A stretch of 64,000 nt of DNA from Anaerolineales bacterium (lineage in GTDB: Bacteria > Chloroflexota > Anaerolineae > Aggregatilineales > J027): positions 907,768-971,767 of the forward strand of contig JACKCI010000001.1 of the NCBI GenBank assembly GCA_020634155.1, written 5' to 3'. The position numbers and the translations under genes were made by a program. The notes beneath the pieces were generated by a model, which was not told the origin of the DNA, made no database searches, and worked only from the letters and a program-made list of their open reading frames with translations. Below are positions 26,004-37,251 of this stretch, one piece after another (position 1 is the first letter of the stretch; each line of letters begins with the position of its first letter).

Positions 26004-27725
26004 TCAACGAATAGCCTCATACGTCAGACCATGACCCAAAGGATAGCCACGAATCGGCATAGGCAGCCGTCCATTGGCAGGAACAGCTCCTGCAATCACC
26101 CGACACAGCGCAATCTGGGCTTCCTCCAGTGTTGAGTAAGCCGAGACAAAACCCGCAATAGACGAGTTAACCGCTTCCCAGTCGTAGGGCTTCCAGAGCG
26201 AGACAAAGATGGTCTTCTCTGGTGGTAAAGCCGCTACCAACGCCCCCTGTGGCTGATTCCATGCCACATTCTCAGCAATGACAATCACCTTGTCGGCTGC
26301 TTGGGCCTTGGCTTGTGACGCGCCCACTTCCCATTCGGCTGGCACAAAGCTATAACCTTGATACGCCGCATTTGGCAGATAGGTACTGCATTCTTGATAG
26401 ATGAGCGGCTTGCCAATGGGATAGATGATGGCGACATTATCCTCTGGGCGTAATGGGAGCATATTATACTCATCGCGCACCACCGTCGTTCCCATCTCGA
26501 ACATGTGAATCAGAGCCTCCCGCGAGAAGCCTGTATCCAAACGATTATAGGTATCATCGGCCTTCAGAATTTGCCAATCCAGCAAGCCATGTTTAGCCTT
26601 TAATGTCAAGATACGTCGGGCAGCTTCATCAATACGGCTTTCGGGTATATCACCCGCCACCACCGCATTATAGACCGCATCCATCGCCGCAATTTGGTCA
26701 ACAAAAGCGGCATTAGTACCAAAGGCCATCATGTCAATACCCGCCTTAACCGCCATGACTGCCGCGTCAGGAATGGTGAACTGGGTAACAATCCCACCCA
26801 TCTCCATTGCATCCGTCATCAGCACGCCATCAAAATGGGCATCATTACGGAGCAGGCCAATCATGGTTGGCGACAAGGAAGCCGGGAGATTTGGGACAGG
26901 CTCAATGGCAGGGTAATAGAGATGGCCCACCATGATAGCCTCAGCTCCATCCTCGATCGCCAATTGAAAGGCGCGGAAGTTATTGTCCATGAAGGTCTGG
27001 CGGTCAATATCAACCGTGGCAAGGCTGCGGTGGCTATCAGTTGAGGTGGGGTTATGACCGGGGTAGTGCTTGACTACCGCCACCACCCCCTCTGAGGCCA
27101 TCCCCTGTGCCATCGCGCCCGCAACCATACCGACGACCCCGGCATCTTGGCTAATGGTGCGGTGATGCATGACCCGATATTGATTCATGTCATCTTCACG
27201 GGTATGCAGGTCTGCCACAGGTGCGAGGTTCATCGTAAACCCAACCGCCCGTAGCTCTTGAGCCATCGCCTGCCCAATGCCATAGGCGACATCATAATCC
27301 GCCGCTGCGCCAAGTATCACGGGGTCGGGAAAATTGGTGAAGCCTTCGGTCAAGCGTCGCACCCGCCCCCCCTCTTGGTCAACGGCTACAAACATCGGCA
27401 CCCCATCCGCCTCAACCGCATATTGCTGGAAGGTGTTGATATAGCGGGTGATATAGTCTGGCGTCGTACCATCGACATTCGAGCCAAATAGAACAAGGGC
27501 ACCGGGGAAATAGGTCTGAATGAAATCCACTTGATTAAACGTCGGTTGGGTACCATAGATGCTCACCATGAACATCTGCCCAACCTTTTGCCGTAGCGTC
27601 ATGGCTTCCAGCAACGCATCAACGCGCTCTGGGCTATCGTCGGCATGGCTATGCGGGGGTGCGGGCATGGGTGCCAGAACCAAACCTACTATCAGCAAAA
27701 CAAGCACGCTACGGCGTATTCTCAT
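26004..27725 (-). CDS. Secreted glycoside hydrolase family 3 (beta-N-acetylhexosaminidase/beta-glucosidase-like)
   Basis: 573 aa; signal peptide; KHYPGHN and GVLMTDAMEMGGI blocks of the GH3 N-terminal domain, plus a C-terminal alpha/beta domain. Confidence 0.8.
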   Translation of the reverse strand: MRIRRSVLVLLIVGLVLAPMPAPPHSHADDSPERVDALLEAMTLRQKVGQMFMVSIYGTQPTFNQVDFIQTYFPGALVLFGSNVDGTTPDYITRYINTFQQYAVEADGVPMFVAVDQEGGRVRRLTEGFTNFPDPVILGAAADYDVAYGIGQAMAQELRAVGFTMNLAPVADLHTREDDMNQYRVMHHRTISQDAGVVGMVAGAMAQGMASEGVVAVVKHYPGHNPTSTDSHRSLATVDIDRQTFMDNNFRAFQLAIEDGAEAIMVGHLYYPAIEPVPNLPASLSPTMIGLLRNDAHFDGVLMTDAMEMGGIVTQFTIPDAAVMAVKAGIDMMAFGTNAAFVDQIAAMDAVYNAVVAGDIPESRIDEAARRILTLKAKHGLLDWQILKADDTYNRLDTGFSREALIHMFEMGTTVVRDEYNMLPLRPEDNVAIIYPIGKPLIYQECSTYLPNAAYQGYSFVPAEWEVGASQAKAQAADKVIVIAENVAWNQPQGALVAALPPEKTIFVSLWKPYDWEAVNSSIAGFVSAYSTLEEAQIALCRVIAGAVPANGRLPMPIRGYPLGHGLTYEAIR

Positions 27726-28984
27726 GGGCCTTCATATCCTACTCTTGCGTTATCAGGAACCTCGCCATCGGGGTAAGTCTCGGTAATCACGGTAGGCATC
27801 ACTTCGCTACCAATAATCACATTGGCCCCAATGACATAATTGGCGGGAATGCGGGTACTCTTACCGATGGTGGTAATTTTAACCTCGCCATCATGGTCAT
27901 TCCGACCCACGCGGGCATTTTCGCCAATCACGACCTGCTTGTCAATGACGCAATGTTCCACAACCGCCCCGGCCTCAATGTAGGTATCGGTCAAGATGAT
28001 GCTTTCCCGCACCACCGCGCCCGGCCCCACATAGACACCCGGTGACAAGACCGAATGCTCAACGGTTGCACCTGCTGCCACCACTGAGCCATCGGTAACC
28101 ATGCTATCAATAAAATGAGCACCATGTTCAAGTTTGACGGGCGGGCGCTCCTCAGAACGGGTATGGATGACCCATGAACGGTCATTGAGGTCAAGCGGGG
28201 GCGGTGATTTGAGTAAGTCCATGTGGGCTTCCCAGTAGGCATCCAGCGTCCCCACATCGACCCAATACCCATTATAGGGATAGGCCAACACCCGCAGCTT
28301 ATCGGCAATCATCTTGGGGATAATATCCTTACCAAAGTCGTGCGAGGAGTCGTGGTCTTCAGCATCAGTGCCAAGATAATAATCCAAAATGGGGGTCTTA
28401 AAAACATAAATCCCCATGTTAGCGAGGGTGCCGGGTGGGTCTTTGGGCTTCTCGTAGAACTTGAGGACGTTCATCTTGTCGTCAGTAAACATGATGCCAT
28501 AGCGGCTGGCCTCATGCAAGGGAACGTCAATCACACAGATAGTAAGGTCAGCGTCCTGTTCCTCATGGTATTTGATGAGGGCGGCATAATCCATTTCGTA
28601 GATATGGTCACCCGACAGAATCAAGGTCTGTTCGGGAGAGCCACGCCGCACAAAATTAAAGTTTTGGGCAACAGCATCGGCAGTTCCCCGATACCAGTCG
28701 GTGTCATGGCGGCCCTTATAGGGTTGCAGCAGTTGCACCCCGCCTGAGAATGAGCGGTCTAAATCCCAAGGTCGCCCGCGTGCAATATGCTCATTAAGTG
28801 AGTGGGGACGATATTGGGTCAATACCAAAACATCAAAAATACCGGAGTTGACACAGTTAGACAGCACGAAGTCGATAATACGGTATTTTCCGGCAAAGGG
28901 GACAGCAGGCTTGGCTCGTTTGGCGGTCAGTACACCCAAACGGGTGCCTTCACCCCCAGCTAGAATGACGGCACGAGTAGGCAT
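27722..28984 (-). CDS. glgC: Glucose-1-phosphate adenylyltransferase
   Basis: 420 aa; [12 protein letters not shown]...[15 protein letters not shown]-terminal signature and a C-terminal left-handed beta-helix region; 4-nt overlap with the GH3 gene. Confidence 0.85.
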   Translation of the reverse strand: MPTRAVILAGGEGTRLGVLTAKRAKPAVPFAGKYRIIDFVLSNCVNSGIFDVLVLTQYRPHSLNEHIARGRPWDLDRSFSGGVQLLQPYKGRHDTDWYRGTADAVAQNFNFVRRGSPEQTLILSGDHIYEMDYAALIKYHEEQDADLTICVIDVPLHEASRYGIMFTDDKMNVLKFYEKPKDPPGTLANMGIYVFKTPILDYYLGTDAEDHDSSHDFGKDIIPKMIADKLRVLAYPYNGYWVDVGTLDAYWEAHMDLLKSPPPLDLNDRSWVIHTRSEERPPVKLEHGAHFIDSMVTDGSVVAAGATVEHSVLSPGVYVGPGAVVRESIILTDTYIEAGAVVEHCVIDKQVVIGENARVGRNDHDGEVKITTIGKSTRIPANYVIGANVIIGSEVMPTVITETYPDGEVPDNARVGYEGP

Positions 28985-28998
28985 AAAAATATCCTTTA

Positions 28999-29877
28999 CT
29001 AAAATTCTAGGGTTACATAAACGGGACGATGGTCAGAACCACCAATAAAGCGGTTTTGCACCACATGGACGGAACCAGCCACAATCCGTTGGGCAAGGGC
29101 TGGCGACAGCAATAAATAATCAATTTGGCTACGCTCATCTTGAGCCTTCCAGTAATGCGTCCAACGGTCATTGGAGTCGGTCAACAGTTGGAGAGCATCA
29201 AATAAGCGCAGGTATTGATTCTGCAACAAGGGAGATAGGGTTTGAGCATCGGGGGTATCATTCAAATCCCCAGCAATCATAAACAGGTCATTGGGGCCCC
29301 GAAAACGCCCATAGACAATCCGCGCAATCATATAGGCTTGCTTATAGCGTAGTTTATCGGCATCAGCGCGGGCCTTTTCTTGAGCGGCTTGACTGCCCGT
29401 TGGCTCCACATACTTACTTTTGAGGTGGGTCACAAACAAGGTGAACAAGCGCTGGCTGGGGTTGTCAGGATGCAAAATCTCGACCTCCAGCAAATCCCGC
29501 GAGAATATCTTGCGCCCATTATCTGGGTCACGAATAAACTGATAAGAGACCACTTGTCCCAATGGCCCGGTGCTGGCAACCGCCACATCAATATTGCGTG
29601 GGTCATTGGCTGGCACCAAGGCAATATCCCGAAAGTGCCGCCCCAACTGCGAGACATTGAACTCATACAAAACCCCTTTGTTCTCAACCTCTTGCAAGGC
29701 AAGGACATCTGGTTTATCCTCGCGCAGGCGTGTGCCTAATTGGTACACTTGGTCAAGGTCTTTGGGTTTGGTGCTGCGGGCGTTCCAGCGGTCATCGCTC
29801 CATGTATACGGGTCATCAAAACGGTCAAACAGATTATTGACATTATAGGTACCGACTTTGAGTTGCAAGATCGCCAC
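28999..29877 (-). CDS. Endonuclease/exonuclease/phosphatase (EEP) family protein
   Basis: 292 aa; N-terminal [20 protein letters not shown], and C-terminal GSDHRPV EEP catalytic motifs. Confidence 0.7.
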   Translation of the reverse strand: MAILQLKVGTYNVNNLFDRFDDPYTWSDDRWNARSTKPKDLDQVYQLGTRLREDKPDVLALQEVENKGVLYEFNVSQLGRHFRDIALVPANDPRNIDVAVASTGPLGQVVSYQFIRDPDNGRKIFSRDLLEVEILHPDNPSQRLFTLFVTHLKSKYVEPTGSQAAQEKARADADKLRYKQAYMIARIVYGRFRGPNDLFMIAGDLNDTPDAQTLSPLLQNQYLRLFDALQLLTDSNDRWTHYWKAQDERSQIDYLLLSPALAQRIVAGSVHVVQNRFIGGSDHRPVYVTLEF

Positions 29878-29952
29878 TCCCCCAATTCACTAAATCTATG
29901 CTACAAGTATGCGGGTAGCCTTCACTTTTGACAACCGATTGACAAAAACTCT

Positions 29953-31011
29953 ATGCAACGATTTAGAAATCAAGTCTTACTTGGAATGGCATTTATGGCG
30001 GCGGTACTGATTGCAGTGGTGCTGCTCAGTAACGCCCGTGAACTCGCCCACAAGTTGGGTAGCTTTCCCCTATGGCTCTTTGTTCCCATTATTGGCCTCA
30101 AGGTGGTCAATTGGATCTTGCGCTATCTGGAATGGCACTACTTCCTGCACATTATTGATGTCTACCCCGTCATTCGCGGCGAAACACGCCCCCCACTCTC
30201 GCCTAACCAACCCGCCACCATACGAGTTAGCGATAGCTTTATCCTATGGATGGCAAGCCTACCGTTTGCCCTGAGTCCCGGCAAAATTGCCGAAGTCCTC
30301 AAAGCACTGATTCTCAAGAGCATGACCCACACCCCTGTTGTACGTAGTGCCCCGATCATCTTTGCCGAGCGTTTGGTGGATGGTATCGCGGTTATTTTGC
30401 TGGTGGGTCTCTCGGCATTGGTGGCTGGTGATGCGATCTTCCAGACTGACGATGCTCAATACATTCGCGGGGTGTTGATTGGCACTGTACTATTTCTGTT
30501 CGTGTTGATAGGTGTTATCCAGTTTCGTCCTATAGCTCAAGTTTTGATTAATTCGTTGGGTTGTCTACCCTTGCTGCGGCGCTTCCAAGACAGCATCCAA
30601 ACCTTGTATGAAAGCAGCTACGACCTCGCCAAAATTCGCCACCTAACCCCCACCACCCTCTTTGGCGTGGGTGCCTATTTCACGGATTGCATCGGCTTTT
30701 ATCTGATACTAACGGGCTTAGGCGAAACCCCCTCCCCTGATCTCTTCGCACAAGCCGTGTTTATCCTTGGATTCTCGGTGGTCATCTCGGCTCTCAGCGC
30801 CATGCCGGGGGGTGCAGGCGGGCGTGAATTAACCATTGGGGCCTTGCTCAAAGCCTTGGTGGGCATGAGTACCGCTTCGACAGGGGCGGCTGTTCTCATG
30901 ATTGGCATTTTGCAGGTCTGGTTTGGGGCACTGATTGGCGTGGTGTTGGCGCTCGTCTTCCGCAAGCGATTATTTCCGCCCAGCCTCAAAGAAGAGATTA
31001 AGGCGATTTAA
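29953..31011 (+). CDS. Flippase-like/lysylphosphatidylglycerol-synthase TM-region (UPF0104) family membrane protein
   Basis: 352 aa with about 8 predicted TM helices; general architecture of LPG_synthase_TM-type proteins; the start could be a downstream Met (29986 or 29995). Confidence 0.55.
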   Translation: MQRFRNQVLLGMAFMAAVLIAVVLLSNARELAHKLGSFPLWLFVPIIGLKVVNWILRYLEWHYFLHIIDVYPVIRGETRPPLSPNQPATIRVSDSFILWMASLPFALSPGKIAEVLKALILKSMTHTPVVRSAPIIFAERLVDGIAVILLVGLSALVAGDAIFQTDDAQYIRGVLIGTVLFLFVLIGVIQFRPIAQVLINSLGCLPLLRRFQDSIQTLYESSYDLAKIRHLTPTTLFGVGAYFTDCIGFYLILTGLGETPSPDLFAQAVFILGFSVVISALSAMPGGAGGRELTIGALLKALVGMSTASTGAAVLMIGILQVWFGALIGVVLALVFRKRLFPPSLKEEIKAI

Positions 31012-31032
31012 CCTTCAGTAGACCGATTTCTA

Positions 31033-31061
31033 TTGACACCCATCCTAAACGGGTATACGGT
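31033..31061 (+). promoter_or_regulatory. Candidate sigma-70-type promoter upstream of the SPFH gene
   Basis: TTGACA (31033-31038), 17-nt spacer, TACGGT (or TATACG with a 15-nt spacer); lies in the 128-bp intergenic region 80-100 nt upstream of ATG 31140; the -10 match is weak. Confidence 0.3.
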
Positions 31062-31139
31062 TAGTCGCGTTTGGCTTCTCAGGGCGCAGAAACTAAACAC
31101 TTCCATATCCCTATGTGCCCGGTGGTTGGAGGATTTACA

Positions 31140-32861
31140 ATGGCATTCTTGCCTGTTATCGTTCTCGCGCTTATTGCGATTGCAGCCTTCTCAAGTGGTC
31201 TTGTGGTCATTCGGGCGGATGAGGTCGGTATCATCATCCGCAAATTTGGCAAGCCACTCCCTCCCGGTAAGCTTATCGCACTCCATAAAGAAGCTGGCTA
31301 TCAGGCCGACACCTTACCCCCCGGCTGGCATTTCGGCTATTGGTTTTGGCAATACCAGATCCAACGTCGGCATGTTATCACAGTTCCCCAAGGTCAAATC
31401 GCGCTGATTGTTGCCGCCGATGGTCAACCAATCCCACCAGAACGTATTATGGGGCGTGTCGTGGACTGTGATAACTACCAAGATGCTCGCAAGTTCCTTG
31501 AAAACGACGGCGAGAAAGGCCGCCAGATGGGGATATTAACGGCAGGCGTCTATCGGATTAACACGGCGCTCTTTACGGTCATCACCGCCCAACGTGCTGA
31601 GGAAAACGGCATGGCCCCTGCCGATTTACTGGTGCATGCCATCAGTCCTGATCGGGTTGGGATTGTCACCACCCTTGATGGTAAGCCAATGGACGAAAGC
31701 GAAATCGCTGGGCCAATCATCCCCGACCATGAAAACTTCCAAAATGGGCAAATCTTCCTTGACAACGGCGGACGGCGTGGCTTGCAAGAGCAGGTCATCC
31801 TCTCTGGCACATGGAACCTTAATCCTTGGTTTGTGCGGGTCGAGCAAGTGCCAATGACGGAAATCCCCATTGGGCATGTTGGCATCGTCATCTCCTATGT
31901 CGGCAAAGCCCATGAGGATGTCAGCGGGGCATCGTTCAAGCACGGCAACTTAGTGGAAATGGGGCATAAGGGTGTCTGGGTCACCCCGCTCTATCCCGGC
32001 AAGCACCCCATCAACCCGCGCATTATGAAGGTCGAGTTAGTGCCGACCACCAATATCGTGTTGAATTGGGCATCCCGTACTGAATCGCACAAATACGATG
32101 CCAACTTGTCGCCCATTACCGTGCGCTCTAAAGATGGCTTTGCCTTCAATTTGGATGTCTCGCAGATTATCCACATCGGCGCGTTGGATGCCCCCAAGGT
32201 CATATCACGGGTGGGGTCGGTGCAAAATCTAGTTGACCATGTCCTTCAGCCGATTGTAGGCAATTACTTCCGCAACTCAGCCCAATACTACACGGTGCTG
32301 GATTTCTTGAGTGCCCGTAGTGACCGCCAAACCGAGGCAGCCCAACATATCCAATCCGCTATCAATGCCTACGATGTGCAGGCCATTGATACGCTCATTG
32401 GTGACATCAAGCCTCCGGATGACCTGATGTTAACTCAAACCGATCGTAAGATTGCCGAGGAACAACGTAAGACCTATGAGGTACAACGCTTGGCCCAAGA
32501 GCAACGCCAACAACTTGTGCGCGAAACAGCCCTTGCCGATATTCAGCAAGAGATGGTCAAGTCTGAGCAAGGCGTTACTATCGCTGAGTTGATGGCAAAG
32601 TCGGAAGTGGAACGCGCTAAAGGTGAAGCTGAAGCCATCCGCGCCACGGGTGAAGCCAAGGCCAAGGCCTACCATGCGGGTGTAGAGGCCCTTGGTGAAA
32701 ATGGCTATGTGGTGCTGCAATTGATGCAAGTCATTGGTGAACGCAATGTGCGGATTGTGCCAGATGTAGCGGTCAGTGGTCAGGGTAATGCAGGATTAAC
32801 CGATGGATTACTCGGTTTGCTGCTCCGATCTGAGGTCAAAAAAGGGAATGAGGCCAGCTAG
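31140..32861 (+). CDS. SPFH/band-7 (flotillin-like) membrane protein with long coiled-coil C-terminus
   Basis: N-terminal TM helix (FLPVIVLALIAIAAF) when started at ATG 31140; band-7 domain region; C-terminal EA/Q-rich coiled coil (AEEQRKTYEVQRLAQEQRQQLVRE...KAKGEAEAIRATGEAKAKA). Track start 31071 is probably too far upstream. Confidence 0.75.
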   Translation: MAFLPVIVLALIAIAAFSSGLVVIRADEVGIIIRKFGKPLPPGKLIALHKEAGYQADTLPPGWHFGYWFWQYQIQRRHVITVPQGQIALIVAADGQPIPPERIMGRVVDCDNYQDARKFLENDGEKGRQMGILTAGVYRINTALFTVITAQRAEENGMAPADLLVHAISPDRVGIVTTLDGKPMDESEIAGPIIPDHENFQNGQIFLDNGGRRGLQEQVILSGTWNLNPWFVRVEQVPMTEIPIGHVGIVISYVGKAHEDVSGASFKHGNLVEMGHKGVWVTPLYPGKHPINPRIMKVELVPTTNIVLNWASRTESHKYDANLSPITVRSKDGFAFNLDVSQIIHIGALDAPKVISRVGSVQNLVDHVLQPIVGNYFRNSAQYYTVLDFLSARSDRQTEAAQHIQSAINAYDVQAIDTLIGDIKPPDDLMLTQTDRKIAEEQRKTYEVQRLAQEQRQQLVRETALADIQQEMVKSEQGVTIAELMAKSEVERAKGEAEAIRATGEAKAKAYHAGVEALGENGYVVLQLMQVIGERNVRIVPDVAVSGQGNAGLTDGLLGLLLRSEVKKGNEAS

Positions 32862-32909
32862 ATAAGCCCTTGCAGGCCATTAGTCGGCGTGCTAGAATGG
32901 CCTTGTTCT

Positions 32910-32981
32910 TGCGGGATAGTTTAATCGGCAGAACAGCGGACTCTGGATCCGTCAGTCCTGGTTCGAGCCCAGGTCCCGCAG
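32910..32981 (+). tRNA. tRNA-Gln (anticodon CTG)
   Basis: Manual cloverleaf: acceptor TGCGGGA/TCCCGCA (U1:A72 as in bacterial tRNA-Gln); D-stem GTTT/GAAC; anticodon stem GCGGA/TCCGT with loop CTCTGGA (anticodon CTG at 32943-32945); T-stem CCTGG/CCAGG with TTCGAGC loop; discriminator G; CCA not encoded. Confidence 0.85.
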
Positions 32982-32985
32982 CTAC

Positions 32986-33018
32986 AAGGCCACCAATGCG
33001 CTAGTGGCCTTTTTTGTT
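32986..33018 (+). terminator. Rho-independent terminator after tRNA-Gln
   Basis: AAGGCCAC-(11-nt loop)-GTGGCCTT hairpin followed by TTTTTTGTTG. Confidence 0.6.
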
Positions 33019-33020
33019 GC

Positions 33021-33701
33021 CTAGCGTCCCATCAGATTATCCAGAATCCCACCCGTTGCATCCTCAATAGCGTCTTCACCAAGGCCGCCGAAATCTAGCA
33101 TTCGAATCGCAATGGACAGTAGCACCACAATCCCACTCATGCCAATACAACAGGAGACTGTACCAAGCCCGCCCAATGCAGTAGCAAAATTACTACCGAT
33201 GGTCTTCTCGCCATAGAGGTAAATCGACCCAATAATGAGGAAGATGCCGCCTAGATTCAGTCCCAATGTATTGATACAGCCTCGGCTCGGCATACACCCA
33301 CGCTGGTCATTGCGATCACTCCCACGCCGAAAGCCACCCCGCATCGCTGCTAGGAATAACGCCCCGAAAAATACCATATCCATTGTGGAAAGGTTACCGA
33401 AAAAAGAGCGTACTGAGGAACGAGACTGCCCCTGCAATTCATCACCTTCAAAATCGTCCGCCCGTTGTCGTTGAGTACGAGCTTTCTGATAGGCTTGAGA
33501 ACGCTGGCGCAGGTCAGGCGCACGCACCCCACCTAAATCGCGGGAGTCTTGCTCGGTATAGCGGGGGTCATCACTTTGGCGCGAAGACGAGCCACGTAAG
33601 TTGCGGCGCAAATCAGGAGCTTGATAATCATCATCCAATGACCGTCGGTCTGGACGTTGACGGTGTGGGTCTTGGTCTGGTGGGTAGTAGTCAGACATCA
33701 A
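33021..33701 (-). CDS. Hypothetical membrane protein: about 100-aa Arg/Asp/Gln-rich disordered N-terminus plus Gly-zipper TM segments (GlsB/YeaQ/YmgE-like?)
   Basis: 226 aa; low-complexity N-terminus (RQRPDRRSLDDDYQAPDLRRNLRGSSSRQSDDPRY...); C-terminal helices rich in small residues (LGLNLGGIFLIIGSIYLYG, ALGGLGTVSCCIGMSGIVVLLSIAI). Confidence 0.4.
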   Translation of the reverse strand: MMSDYYPPDQDPHRQRPDRRSLDDDYQAPDLRRNLRGSSSRQSDDPRYTEQDSRDLGGVRAPDLRQRSQAYQKARTQRQRADDFEGDELQGQSRSSVRSFFGNLSTMDMVFFGALFLAAMRGGFRRGSDRNDQRGCMPSRGCINTLGLNLGGIFLIIGSIYLYGEKTIGSNFATALGGLGTVSCCIGMSGIVVLLSIAIRMLDFGGLGEDAIEDATGGILDNLMGR

Positions 33702-33717
33702 TCAGTTCCTTTCTCAG

Positions 33718-34815
33718 TCACTCACGGACGGCATACGCAAACAAGCGATCGAAGACCGCCACAATCTCATCCAGTTCAAATTCAAGGTTGGCTTCACCAA
33801 TCGAAAACTCAATGATGCCGCTATCGGATACTCCCCATGAAATTTCAATGCCCTCATTGTCGCGCAGGTTTGCTAATGCTTGGCGCAACACCTCTACATC
33901 CATATCAAATTGAACATGCATCATGTTTGTTTGCGGAGGGTTGGGAGAAATCTGGGCAATCTGGGGGAAATGCTGGATAGCCGCTGCAAAATCTTTCGCC
34001 CGCGCCACATACTCTGGTATACGAGGGAAATGTTGCTGCATACCCATCTTCGCGGAGAGGACATAGGGATAAAGCATCACCAAATTGCCCCCATGCCGTC
34101 GCTGCCAAATCCGCGCCTCATCAATGAAGTCCTGCGGGCCAGCCAAGACTGCTCCAGCGATTCCCTGCATAATCTTATAAAACGAGACATAGACGCTATC
34201 AAAAAGGGCGGCGATCTCAGCATAAGAGCGTTGATAAAAGGGTTGGCACTCCCATAGTCGTGCGCCGTCCATATGCAACCTAACTCCCTGCTCTCTAGCG
34301 TAACCCGTAATGGCCTCTAGCTCCGCCCATGTCGGCAATTGCCCGCCAATCTCACGTTGGGGCAATTCGATGAGCAGTGTGGCTAAGGGTTGCTCAATCT
34401 GCTGCACATCATCCAAAGTCATTAAGCGGTCAGATTCACCGACCAAAGTCGCTTGTAAGCCATGCAGCTTTTCATAGGCCATCTGCTCATGAATTTGGAG
34501 ATGCGCTAAGGGGTGGAACGCAATGTGATTCGAGTCTTGACGGTCACACCAGATTCGCAGGGCAATCTGCTGGGCCATGGTGCCACTCGGCATGAACACT
34601 GCGGCGTCTTTGCCAAGCAATTCCGCGATTTCAACCTCAAACGTGCTGATAAGGTCACCTTGACCATAACGATCAGCATCAAGGTCAGCGTCCGTCCATT
34701 CGGCAAGTTGGGTCAACATTGTTTTCGGAGATAGACGCTTATGGTGGCTAAAATGGCGCATAGGTGATTCCTTCCTTGGCAAATAAAAAAGTGGTGCTGG
34801 AGTTCCCAACACCAC
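33718..34815 (-). CDS. Threonine-aldolase-like PLP-dependent enzyme (beta-eliminating lyase family)
   Basis: 365 aa; MDGARLW motif and overall fold-type I PLP aldolase pattern; the true start is probably an internal Met (MRHFS... or MLTQLAEW...). Confidence 0.6.
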   Translation of the reverse strand: MVLGTPAPLFYLPRKESPMRHFSHHKRLSPKTMLTQLAEWTDADLDADRYGQGDLISTFEVEIAELLGKDAAVFMPSGTMAQQIALRIWCDRQDSNHIAFHPLAHLQIHEQMAYEKLHGLQATLVGESDRLMTLDDVQQIEQPLATLLIELPQREIGGQLPTWAELEAITGYAREQGVRLHMDGARLWECQPFYQRSYAEIAALFDSVYVSFYKIMQGIAGAVLAGPQDFIDEARIWQRRHGGNLVMLYPYVLSAKMGMQQHFPRIPEYVARAKDFAAAIQHFPQIAQISPNPPQTNMMHVQFDMDVEVLRQALANLRDNEGIEISWGVSDSGIIEFSIGEANLEFELDEIVAVFDRLFAYAVRE

Positions 34816-34838
34816 TTAATGATACCGCTAGGTTCGGT

Positions 34839-37082
<2,244 letters not shown>

Positions 37083-37251
37083 AGACTTGTTACACTTTCT
37101 ACAAAAACAACGCCATTGTGGATTCAGCAACGGCGTGATTATCGTCGGTTAGCCTTTCTTCGTTACTATAACACAGTGGAGGGGTATCAGTTATGCCCGA
37201 TGTCCATAATTCGTGGTGCCAAAACACACAACTTGGCCTATAATTCATACT

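Noticed and set aside
29928-29944. Two TTGACA hexamers (29928-29933, 29939-29944) upstream of the flippase-like gene as promoters
   Set aside because: No acceptable -10 hexamer sits 16-18 nt downstream of either. They would also place the TSS inside or right at the annotated ATG, so they are not reported as a feature.
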